Source: a virus (Duplodnaviria > Heunggongvirae > Uroviricota > Caudoviricetes). Taken from it: a stretch of 21,366 nt of DNA. Position 1 is the stretch's first letter; each line of letters opens with the position of its first letter. A program made the translations under genes and the position numbers. The stretch lies in IMG/VR virus record IMGVR_UViG_3300017992_000015, positions 1 through 21,366 of that record; one strand, 5' to 3'. The notes under the pieces are model-generated. The model searched no databases. It had not been told where the DNA came from and was given only the letters and a program-made list of their open reading frames with translations. Shown piece after piece: positions 7,514 through 14,864 of the stretch.

Positions 7514-8195
7514 TGCTCGCTTCTCCGGGTGTAACTATGGATTTGAACTTATCCTGCAGCGGTTTGAACGCCGGATTGTCCTTGTACTGGAGGTGCTCCA
7601 TGTCGCCGGACAGCACCGCTTGCCCCATATCGATGACCTCCTGGCGGGGGTCGACACGATAGAAGCGTGGCGGCATGCCACCAACACTGGGCGTCACCTG
7701 CCACCGGTCCTTCATGCCATCGACACAGAACACAGTGACCGTAATCTTCGGCAGGTCGAGACTCCACACGCTGTGGCGTTGTGCCTCGCCTGGGTCGACG
7801 ATTTCGATGTCGCCGCTGAATAGCTGGAAGTAGTCCTTGTCCTTGGAGTCCAAGGCGACAACGCCGCCGAGGAAAGGAAAGAGATCCTCCCAATCGTGGT
7901 TGCGCACGCCACAGATGACGTGGCCCCACGGAACGCCCAGCGCCGTGGGGCGCGTAAGCCCCTCGATCACTGGACGCTTAAACGGTGTGCGGATGACACG
8001 TGTGCCCGGCTCTTGCTGGGCATACCAGTCACCCACGGGATCGGTATCGATCGTGGTGTATTCGAACAGTGCGCCGTGGTTGAAGAAATGCCAGTCGTCT
8101 GCCATTTCATGCAGTGCGAATTTCGCGTCGCTGCTCGGAACAGGCAGACGCTCGCGCTTCTCCATCCATCCTTCGCCTGGTTCAAAGACGTCCAC
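7452..8195 (-). CDS. Hypothetical protein (247 aa)
   Basis: GTG start with AAGGAG 7 nt upstream. Confidence 0.8.
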   Translation of the reverse strand: MDVFEPGEGWMEKRERLPVPSSDAKFALHEMADDWHFFNHGALFEYTTIDTDPVGDWYAQQEPGTRVIRTPFKRPVIEGLTRPTALGVPWGHVICGVRNHDWEDLFPFLGGVVALDSKDKDYFQLFSGDIEIVDPGEAQRHSVWSLDLPKITVTVFCVDGMKDRWQVTPSVGGMPPRFYRVDPRQEVIDMGQAVLSGDMEHLQYKDNPAFKPLQDKFKSIVTPGEASNEALHRAAQQNRGKLDLGGR

Positions 8196-8301
8196 GATGA
8201 GTCTCCTTGTACTTTTGCTTGCAAGCGTCGCAAGGCTTTCCGCGGTTACACCGCGGGGGGTGTATCCCCTTGTACCTCTTGTGGTTCTTGCACTTCGTCA
8301 T
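8182..8301 (-). CDS. Small basic Cys/His peptide (39 aa), candidate Zn-binding protein
   Basis: MTKCKNHKRYKGIHPPRCNRGKPCDACKQKYKETHRGRL; SD AAGGAG 6 nt before ATG 8301 (shorter than the track ORF). Confidence 0.65.
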   Translation of the reverse strand: MTKCKNHKRYKGIHPPRCNRGKPCDACKQKYKETHRGRL

Positions 8302-8686
8302 CTTTCGCTCCTTGTGTAGCGAACGCCGGCAGCTCTTCTTGCACCAGCGCGAGTACCGTCGCGGGGTCGATGCCGTCGCCACGGTTGTCGATGGCGTGGT
8401 TCAACTCTGCGGATGATAGCATACCAAGCTGGTGGCCACGAAGCAACGCTATTGTCAGCGTCAGATCCTCGCCGCACACGTCCTTGTACAGCATCCAAAT
8501 GCGGGGGCCGTAGATCTCGAGCGTGTCGAGCGACAGCAACGGTCCCATACCGCCCAGGGCGCTGTCCGGGTCAATGTTGGCGGACTGTTGCATCAGCTCC
8601 ATACAGACGCGCAGCGCGCCGGGATTACCCTCGCCGAGCGCTTGAAAGATGTCCATCACGGAGTGATGTAATTCGATGCGAGACAT
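8246..8686 (-). CDS. Phage-type hypothetical protein (146 aa; GNPGAL...IYGPRIWMLYKDVC)
   Basis: Start moved to ATG 8686 (SD CAGGAG). The track extension to 9031 runs through the tRNA-like element and is not credible. The motif looks like a recurrent phage hypothetical family (from memory, unverified). Confidence 0.8.
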   Translation of the reverse strand: MSRIELHHSVMDIFQALGEGNPGALRVCMELMQQSANIDPDSALGGMGPLLSLDTLEIYGPRIWMLYKDVCGEDLTLTIALLRGHQLGMLSSAELNHAIDNRGDGIDPATVLALVQEELPAFATQGAKDDEVQEPQEVQGDTPPAV

Positions 8687-8715
8687 TGGGTCTCTCCTGT
8701 AGTGGTGGTAAACAC

Positions 8716-8756
8716 GAGGGCGGGCCGCGGCGTGGGGATACCGCGACCCGCCCCTC
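8716..8756 (-). promoter_or_regulatory. Strong GC-rich hairpin in the leader between the tRNA-like RNA and the gene at 8686
   Basis: GAGGGGCGGGTCGCGG-TATCCCCACG-CCGCGGCCCGCCCTC (13-15 bp), followed only by GTGTTT, so at best a weak terminator. Confidence 0.5.
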
Positions 8757-8797
8757 CTTCCCCGGGCTTGACTACACTGTAACTTCCGTCGATCCAA

Positions 8798-8903
8798 AGC
8801 ACTCGTTAGGGAGTCGAACCCCACCGCTGGGGAAGATCCGATAACTTCAGCAGCGGCCATGCGGGTTATGAGCCCGCTGACGTAACCACTACGCGACGAG
8901 CGC
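8798..8903 (-). tRNA. Non-canonical tRNA-like RNA, anticodon CAU, initiator-type anticodon arm, very long variable arm
   Basis: GCGCTCGT/ACGAGTGC acceptor (8 bp); D arm GCGT-AGTGGTT-ACGT; GCGGG-CTCATAA-CCCGC anticodon arm; 37-nt variable region; TGGGG-TTCGACT-CCCTA T arm; no CCA. Confidence 0.75.
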
Positions 8904-8927
8904 CCGGCCTCCGGGTTGGCCAGTGTG

Positions 8928-9650
8928 TCAAGACCCCAACGGCAATAGCTGAGCTGCCAAGACGAGCTCCCGGGCCACCTGGGCCTGGAGGAGCGCACTC
9001 GTGGCCAGCTCTTCGGGCGATGCCTCGGCAATGCCGAAGTAACGCATCAAGGAGAAAATATCCAGATCCTTTTGGTCAGGCGAGGGCAACAGCACATCGT
9101 ACGGGTCGTAACACCCGATCGGATTGTGCCACATGCGCACCGGTACCTGGATCTTTGTATCTTCGCTTTGATTCCGCTTCAGTACTTCGAATGCAGCGAT
9201 CCGAAGCACCTGTTTGATGTTGAATCCGAAAATCGCGGCGTCGGGCGTGCCGTCGCTGTATCGCAGATTGTCGGAGAACTGATGCGGGTATGCTTCCTTC
9301 AAGTAGCTCAGCAGCGGGACGGCAACCTTGCCACGCAGTTGGGGACCTGTGGTCTCCTGTGCGTAGACTTGGTTGCCGTTGCGATCGAGGATGATCACGC
9401 TGGTAAGCATGGCCAGGCCGGGCCGCTGGATACGGTTCTCGTATCGGCGATCCCCGGCCAACGTCGAATCAGCGTACGCCTGCGGCGGTGCAGCCGCATC
9501 ATTCTGGCGCTGCTGATTGACTTCGGCAATATGGGCATTGATGGTCGTGGCCTTCGACATCGATCGAGGCACACGGACCGGGCCCATGTAAGTGGACGCG
9601 TCACCGGCGGCACGCATGATGGCGCCGATGTAGAGTGCTGTGCCGGGCAA
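8928..9650 (-). CDS. Hypothetical protein, possibly a catalytically dead DnaQ/PolB-type 3'-5' exonuclease fold
   Basis: Likely TTG start at 9650 (GGAGG 5 nt upstream; the track uses 9662). AIFGFNIKQVL, CYDPYDVL and LDIFSLMRYFGI resemble ExoII and downstream segments but lack the catalytic acidic residues. Confidence 0.6.
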   Translation of the reverse strand: MPGTALYIGAIMRAAGDASTYMGPVRVPRSMSKATTINAHIAEVNQQRQNDAAAPPQAYADSTLAGDRRYENRIQRPGLAMLTSVIILDRNGNQVYAQETTGPQLRGKVAVPLLSYLKEAYPHQFSDNLRYSDGTPDAAIFGFNIKQVLRIAAFEVLKRNQSEDTKIQVPVRMWHNPIGCYDPYDVLLPSPDQKDLDIFSLMRYFGIAEASPEELATSALLQAQVARELVLAAQLLPLGS

Positions 9651-9689
9651 GAGAGCCTCCAATTTTATTCACAGCAATAAGATTGGGGC

Positions 9690-10316
9690 TCAAGCCAGCC
9701 CCTTGGCGTATCCTTCAACGCTCATGGCGCAGATGTGCATCGCGTCTGCGATGTTGTCCGTGCCGGATGATTCGTAGTTGTCGGGGTCGAGGTCAGCGCC
9801 GAAGCGCTCGTTGGCGGCTGCGATCATCGCAGGCTTGCCAGCGTTGCCTTTCCCGGTAGCGTACTTCTTGATGGTGCCGATGGCGTACCCTTGGCAGGGC
9901 ACCTCGTTCTCCTCGGCCCAGGTGCAGAGGGTGATCTTGAAACCACCCAGGAGCTCAGCGGCTGTGGCCACACGGGCCATGATCATGCCGAGCTTCTTCC
10001 CGCCGAAACCTTTAACGGTGGGGGTGTTCTTGACGTCCTCGAACCCAATAAAGCTTGGGTGCATGACGGCCATGAACTGCTTGAGCCGGATATGACGGAC
10101 GGGACCGGTGTCATACGGTCCGAGTCCGAGGTCAAGCTGGCCGGCGTACATCTGGATATCGTCCCAGACGATCGGCTTTTCGGGATCCACGTCACACCAG
10201 GCAACCCCGCAGTTGGTACCCAGGTCGAGCCCAACGATGCGGACGTAACCGGGTATGAGTCCTGCGAGTTCACTCTGAAGGATCTCCGGATCCTTGTGCT
10301 GCTTCGCTTTCGCCAT
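9690..10316 (-). CDS. ruvC: RuvC-like Holliday junction resolvase
   Basis: IVGLDLGTNCG, IGFEDV, TIKKYATGKGNAGK and DNIADAM carry the RuvC acidic residues. Confidence 0.9.
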   Translation of the reverse strand: MAKAKQHKDPEILQSELAGLIPGYVRIVGLDLGTNCGVAWCDVDPEKPIVWDDIQMYAGQLDLGLGPYDTGPVRHIRLKQFMAVMHPSFIGFEDVKNTPTVKGFGGKKLGMIMARVATAAELLGGFKITLCTWAEENEVPCQGYAIGTIKKYATGKGNAGKPAMIAAANERFGADLDPDNYESSGTDNIADAMHICAMSVEGYAKGLA

Positions 10317-11199
10317 TGACGATCACCTGCGTGTGGTCAGTGACTTCTTCAACGAGAGGGGCAACGCCCGCAAGCTTGCGGTGCTCCTCAACCAAATAGT
10401 GCAGGACGAGGCTGTCCACGCCCGCGGCGTGTGCCTCTTCCTTGCCGACGCCCGCCTTCTCAAAGATGCGGTACTTGTCATCGCAGTGGCCCTCGAGGGA
10501 CCACATGACGCCGCGCCGACGGAGTTCGCCGATGCGCCACGCCCACTGCTGCATGGTCTCGCCAGGCAGAGGCAGCGGGTCGTCGTAGTCGTCAAGCTGA
10601 CTGGCCTTCTCGACGATCCCGGAGTCGTAGACGAGCTCAGGCTCGAAGACGAACGGGATGCGCAGGAAGTTGTGGAAGTGCGCTTGGAAGAGCTCGATGT
10701 CGAACCGCCACCCGTTGTGGGCAACGACGACCTCTCGACGCTCCTCCATGTCCTCGAACATCGTGAGATATTGTTCGAGGGTGGCGATGGGGTCTTCACC
10801 CTCGTTGCGCAGCCGCTCCCACGTGTGGTGGAAGCCCTTGCCGCGCGACTGCATCGCCTGCTGAGTCTGGTACAGCTTTCGCTGGAAGTCTTCGTGGTCA
10901 ATGTCAGGGAAGTCCGGCCAGTTCAGGTAGACCTCCCGGGTTTCAATAGGCACGCCATCACGTACGATCGTGTGCCCGATAGAGCAGATGAGACTGCGTT
11001 CTACGTCCACGCCGTTCGTCTCGCAGTCCACGCAGGTGTAATTTGCGGGAAAGCCGTAACGGTCGGCGAACTCTTGAAACCATCGTTCTGACATTTTAGC
11101 AACCAACTGTAGCTGTCGGCTCAGCGCGATAACGCGGGTCATCGCACTTCGTAAGTTATTGGGATTGGCTTGGATCAGGGGTGCTCCCGTCCGCGGCAT
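10270..11199 (-). CDS. DEDDh (DnaQ-like) 3'-5' exonuclease
   Basis: ExoI VDCETNG, ExoII AHNGWRFD, ExoIII HAAGVD (H-x4-D). Confidence 0.88.
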   Translation of the reverse strand: MPRTGAPLIQANPNNLRSAMTRVIALSRQLQLVAKMSERWFQEFADRYGFPANYTCVDCETNGVDVERSLICSIGHTIVRDGVPIETREVYLNWPDFPDIDHEDFQRKLYQTQQAMQSRGKGFHHTWERLRNEGEDPIATLEQYLTMFEDMEERREVVVAHNGWRFDIELFQAHFHNFLRIPFVFEPELVYDSGIVEKASQLDDYDDPLPLPGETMQQWAWRIGELRRRGVMWSLEGHCDDKYRIFEKAGVGKEEAHAAGVDSLVLHYLVEEHRKLAGVAPLVEEVTDHTQVIVNGESEAAQGSGDPSE

Positions 11200-11683
11200 C
11201 TTCGTCCTCGTCGCTCCCTTCCAGGAACGTTTTGAAACCGTCCTCGACGTCCGTCAGCAGGCTTACAACCGTCGCTGGCGGTGCGTCGTCAGGCTTGGAC
11301 ACATCCTTCACACCCGCCCAGATCATGGCCAAGCAGACCTGCCCGATGCGGGTATAGAAAAGCATTTGAATCGCCGACGGCAGCTCGTGGAAGCCTTCGG
11401 CCTCCAGCGCCACCTTGGGATTCTCTGCCTTGACAATGCGGTTGAACGCCCGTGCCAGGATGACAGGAGCATTCGTATCCACAATCGTCTGGTAGCTGAT
11501 GCCTTGCTCCAGCATGAACTGCTTGAGCCAGGGCTCCCAGTACGTCTCCTCGCACGAGACCATCGCGCCCCGGAGCAAGTTCGGCCCCAGGTGAGCGATG
11601 TCCCGTTCGGGATTGTAAAAGGGATCGCGAGCACCCGCCCGCGCTTCCTTACGTCGAAGTTGAAACATTCTACGTTTAGCCAT
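11156..11683 (-). CDS. Hypothetical protein (175 aa)
   Basis: Fits the tiling, 9 nt after the upstream stop; no clear SD. Confidence 0.75.
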   Translation of the reverse strand: MAKRRMFQLRRKEARAGARDPFYNPERDIAHLGPNLLRGAMVSCEETYWEPWLKQFMLEQGISYQTIVDTNAPVILARAFNRIVKAENPKVALEAEGFHELPSAIQMLFYTRIGQVCLAMIWAGVKDVSKPDDAPPATVVSLLTDVEDGFKTFLEGSDEDEDAADGSTPDPSQSQ

Positions 11684-11692
11684 GGTGTGATC

Positions 11693-12478
11693 TTAGCGGA
11701 AATCGTCCAGCGATACAAGTAGCCGGGTATCCTCTTCTTCGAACACATGCGACCAGTAGCGCGTGCTATCCGCACCCTGGAGGCGATCCCACACAATGTG
11801 GCGGGCCATGGCCGGCGAAATGCCGATTTGATGGCAGACGTACTGCCAGTGATTCTCCATCTCCCCATACTGCAGAGGGGTGACGTTGTCAGGGTCCACG
11901 CCGTAGAGCCGTGCGCCATGCCTGTCGAAGCAGGTGACGCCGCACTCGGCCGGATAGCACATCTCTTGGGCAAACGCGATCTTGGCGATGCCGATGCCCT
12001 TGATGTCCTCCATATCGATCAGGCGGTTACGCCACCCGGACCAGGTCTTGAAGCCCACTTCTTTTGGGCCGCGCAGAACGCGCGGCGCAGACGTACACAG
12101 CTCGGTGAACCTCCAGATATAGTCAGCGTGGCGGTTGTGCAGTCCGGCTTTGCAGCCCCGCAGCACATCCTCCAACTCAGACTGGGATGTCCAAGGGAGC
12201 TCCATAACGCATTCGTACGCTTCATAGTTGGCGCGCCAGTTGCGCTGGATAGACAGGAAAGCGAAAACCCACCTACGCCAACGTGCGTCGTCGGTGGTGG
12301 GTCTTATGCTTTCCCAGTAGTCGAGATACTCGGCAGCTTGCTGGATATCGATATCACATAGCATCTGCTCTACGGCGTCTCGGCCTTCCTTAGTAACGGT
12401 CCCAGAATTCCGAATCTTCGATGCTCGGCCGCGTTTCTTCTGGCGGCGAGACTTGGGCGCTGTCGCTGTTGGTGGCAT
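11693..12478 (-). CDS. HhH-superfamily DNA glycosylase/AP lyase (OGG2-like)
   Basis: HhH motif IKGIGIAK followed by CFDRHGAR (Lys/Asp catalytic pair pattern); SD GGAGG 6 nt upstream; no Fe-S Cys cluster. Confidence 0.7.
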   Translation of the reverse strand: MPPTATAPKSRRQKKRGRASKIRNSGTVTKEGRDAVEQMLCDIDIQQAAEYLDYWESIRPTTDDARWRRWVFAFLSIQRNWRANYEAYECVMELPWTSQSELEDVLRGCKAGLHNRHADYIWRFTELCTSAPRVLRGPKEVGFKTWSGWRNRLIDMEDIKGIGIAKIAFAQEMCYPAECGVTCFDRHGARLYGVDPDNVTPLQYGEMENHWQYVCHQIGISPAMARHIVWDRLQGADSTRYWSHVFEEEDTRLLVSLDDFR

Positions 12479-13136
12479 CTGATGCCTCCTGCGTGCGGCG
12501 AGTGAGTTCGGCCTGCGCGGCCACTACTGCCCGCATCTGCTCCTCATCCAGCGTATTTAACATACCGCTGCCGTGGATACGATTGAGCGTGTCGCGCAGT
12601 TCCTCGGTGGAGAAGTCGTCAAAGGTTTCGCGTGTTTCCGACGGCGATGGGCTTACAGGCACTGGCCCGTCCACCCAACCCGTAGCCGCATCCATCTCTG
12701 CTTCCTCCTCCTCGCCTTCTTCCTCGGTATTACGTAGACGCACACCACGGGGCGTGCGGTCACCTATGCCTGCACTGTGCTCACGGTCTTCGTTAGCCAG
12801 ATCGCATAGATAGTCCTCGTAGTCTTGCTGGTACTTATCACGCCACTTCTGCAGCGTTGTCTGTACCACGTCCAAGATGCCGACACGAAGCTCGTGCCGC
12901 ACTGCCAGCCACTCAGAAAGCGCCGAGGGCGGGCCACTGTATACCGTTTGGCTGCTGCGCCCGAGCTCCAAGTAGTCACGGGAGTCGAGCTGGATGTGTA
13001 GCGGTTCCCCGTCACGCAGCGCTCCGAGGATCATATCGAGAAACCGGTTGATGTCTTCGCGGTTTGTGAGCAGCTGCAGCACCCGTTCTGCGTTATTCCG
13101 CTTGCTCTCCAACTGCTTCAGTCTTTTCGTCTCCAT
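12390..13136 (-). CDS. Acidic hypothetical protein (248 aa)
   Basis: Start moved to ATG 13136 (GGAG 7 nt upstream). Confidence 0.75.
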   Translation of the reverse strand: METKRLKQLESKRNNAERVLQLLTNREDINRFLDMILGALRDGEPLHIQLDSRDYLELGRSSQTVYSGPPSALSEWLAVRHELRVGILDVVQTTLQKWRDKYQQDYEDYLCDLANEDREHSAGIGDRTPRGVRLRNTEEEGEEEEAEMDAATGWVDGPVPVSPSPSETRETFDDFSTEELRDTLNRIHGSGMLNTLDEEQMRAVVAAQAELTRRTQEASDATNSDSAQVSPPEETRPSIEDSEFWDRY

Positions 13137-13554
13137 CGGTAGCTCCGGGCAGACGCAATCCACGCGGACGCCGTCTGTCCTCTTCTTCGGGTTCTTCTTC
13201 TAACGGGACAACCGCAAGAAGCCGACGTTCGTAGTCGGCGTCGGCGTCACTGCAGCACTCAGCAACGAGTGCTTTAAGCATGAGAGGAAAGGCAGTATGC
13301 AACCGCGCCATGAAATCACTCTGATACATGGTGTCTTTCTCTACGGAGCGGTTATTACCTTCGCTGATGCGGACGTTTAGCCAGATGTCACCCTCTGTGC
13401 AGGTGAGCTCAACACGCTCGTCCTCGTTGATTGCGTTCATAAAGTCGTGCATTCTCAGCCGCGACTTCCGCCGTTGCTCTATATCACCGAGCTCCTCACC
13501 GAGCTCATGTGTGCGCTTCTCCAGCTTCTGTATTTGTTTGTGACTCAGGGGCAT
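13093..13554 (-). CDS. Hypothetical protein (153 aa), probable paralog of 12390..13136
   Basis: Start moved to ATG 13554 (GGAG 7 nt upstream). The track extension to 13854 would overlap the upstream gene by 350 nt. Confidence 0.75.
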   Translation of the reverse strand: MPLSHKQIQKLEKRTHELGEELGDIEQRRKSRLRMHDFMNAINEDERVELTCTEGDIWLNVRISEGNNRSVEKDTMYQSDFMARLHTAFPLMLKALVAECCSDADADYERRLLAVVPLEEEPEEEDRRRPRGLRLPGATDGDEKTEAVGEQAE

Positions 13555-14338
13555 CTTCGCACTCCTTTGTGGTTCTGTGCGTCGCCGCCGGGCACTGGTC
13601 GTACCCAACGTGGCACTTGTAACAGTGTCTCTCGTAGCCTCGTGGACATTCCCAGCCGTGTCGGAATCGTTTGCGGATGATCCCCCGATTCCAGTTCCGT
13701 AGAGTCTGCGTACAAGACACCTCTCGAAAACCCGGGCGTCCCTGTTGGCAGTAAGCTGGGTCGATGAGCGCCCAGAGTCGGAGACCAACAAGCTCGGAGG
13801 GATGCCCAAACGGATAATCATGTCGGTAAGAAGTATATCCCGCACCTCTTGCAATGAGATTGCTAAATCCCCTTGTCCAGAAGGTTATGATTCGCATGGG
13901 GCACGCCGATCCGGCCAGGATGCGCATGGCAAACAGACCGCCGGGCTTGCCCCACTTGTTCTGCGAGAATTCCCAGCCGGTGACCTGCACCGGCATCCAC
14001 TCTCGCTCTGACTGTACGTGCCACGGGGGCACAGCAACACCGCGCCGCAGGCTGTCGGTGTTCCCGGCCAGTCGCCAAAACAGCGTACGCAGCCTTGCCT
14101 CGGTGAGGTACTCCCCAGCGAGACAGGTACAGCTGTCGTACACCGCTTGGCGTTTGGCTCGAGGTATCGCTTCGGTGAGTTGGTCGACGAATTGGTCGAA
14201 GTGCTCTCCGATGGCAGTAAAACCAAACCACTCGGTCATCGAGTCCGTGCACAGCTTGTCGCGCAGTTGGATGATGCGCCCCAGGTTGTACCGCGGAATG
14301 GCAATCTTGACATCAGAGGTGCGGGTCGACTGAGTCAT
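13505..14338 (-). CDS. Hypothetical protein with C-terminal Cys/His cluster (277 aa)
   Basis: SD GGAGGAGG; motif CPRGYERHCYKCHVGYDQC...H. Confidence 0.85.
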   Translation of the reverse strand: MTQSTRTSDVKIAIPRYNLGRIIQLRDKLCTDSMTEWFGFTAIGEHFDQFVDQLTEAIPRAKRQAVYDSCTCLAGEYLTEARLRTLFWRLAGNTDSLRRGVAVPPWHVQSEREWMPVQVTGWEFSQNKWGKPGGLFAMRILAGSACPMRIITFWTRGFSNLIARGAGYTSYRHDYPFGHPSELVGLRLWALIDPAYCQQGRPGFREVSCTQTLRNWNRGIIRKRFRHGWECPRGYERHCYKCHVGYDQCPAATHRTTKECEDAPESQTNTEAGEAHT

Positions 14339-14864
14339 CTTCCTCCTCCCCTAAGTGTACGGGTTCTGGGTGCCGTGCAACCATGTCGGTACAATCCGAC
14401 ACGTCGGGCAGCCCTGATACCTCCGCTTCGTCCGCCCAGTGGTCAACCACGACCTCCACGTACTTACCGTCTTTGGATTCGTAGTAGAGGACTCGATCGA
14501 CCTGTTCGTAGGCAAGGATCAGCTCGAAGCCAGGCGTTTTCACCGGCTCCAGCTGTCGGACTTGGTCCGCAATCTCACAGACTACCTCCGGATCGCCTCC
14601 GGAGTTGATGTAGTCCAGCATGGCCGCGAGAAGCAGCGAATCGCGTGTTAGCGACGTGCGCTCCTCGGGCGTATTTCCAAACACGAGCATCGCAGGATAC
14701 TCAGCGATTGATTGGCCACGATCCAGCCGCCTGACATGGGCGAAGTTCGTCCCCAGGCGCGCACCGGCCGGTGCCCATTCGACGTGCATGCGATAACCGT
14801 CGAATGGTAGCCGGTACATTGGATCAATCAATTCGGAGGCGTTGATGTCGCCATCATCCGCCAC
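14313..14864 (-). CDS. Hypothetical protein (about 183 aa)
   Basis: GTG 14864 with GGAGG upstream and an 11-nt overlap with the preceding gene is preferred over the track start at 14909. Confidence 0.7.
   Translation of the reverse strand: MADDGDINASELIDPMYRLPFDGYRMHVEWAPAGARLGTNFAHVRRLDRGQSIAEYPAMLVFGNTPEERTSLTRDSLLLAAMLDYINSGGDPEVVCEIADQVRQLEPVKTPGFELILAYEQVDRVLYYESKDGKYVEVVVDHWADEAEVSGLPDVSDCTDMVARHPEPVHLGEEEDDSVDPHL

Noticed and set aside
8798-8903. Reading the long arm as a group I or archaeal-type intron, or the element as tmRNA
   Set aside because: 33 nt is far too short for a self-splicing intron, it is not in the anticodon loop, and I see no bulge-helix-bulge. An intact anticodon arm and the absence of a tag ORF argue against tmRNA.
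8926-8931. Perfect TTGACA upstream of the tRNA-like RNA
   Set aside because: No -10 element 16-18 nt downstream, only 22 nt from the RNA start, and it is explained by the TGA stop of the upstream gene.
8687-9031. N-terminal extension of the 261-aa track ORF
   Set aside because: It crosses the tRNA-like element and the upstream gene; a strong SD supports ATG 8686.
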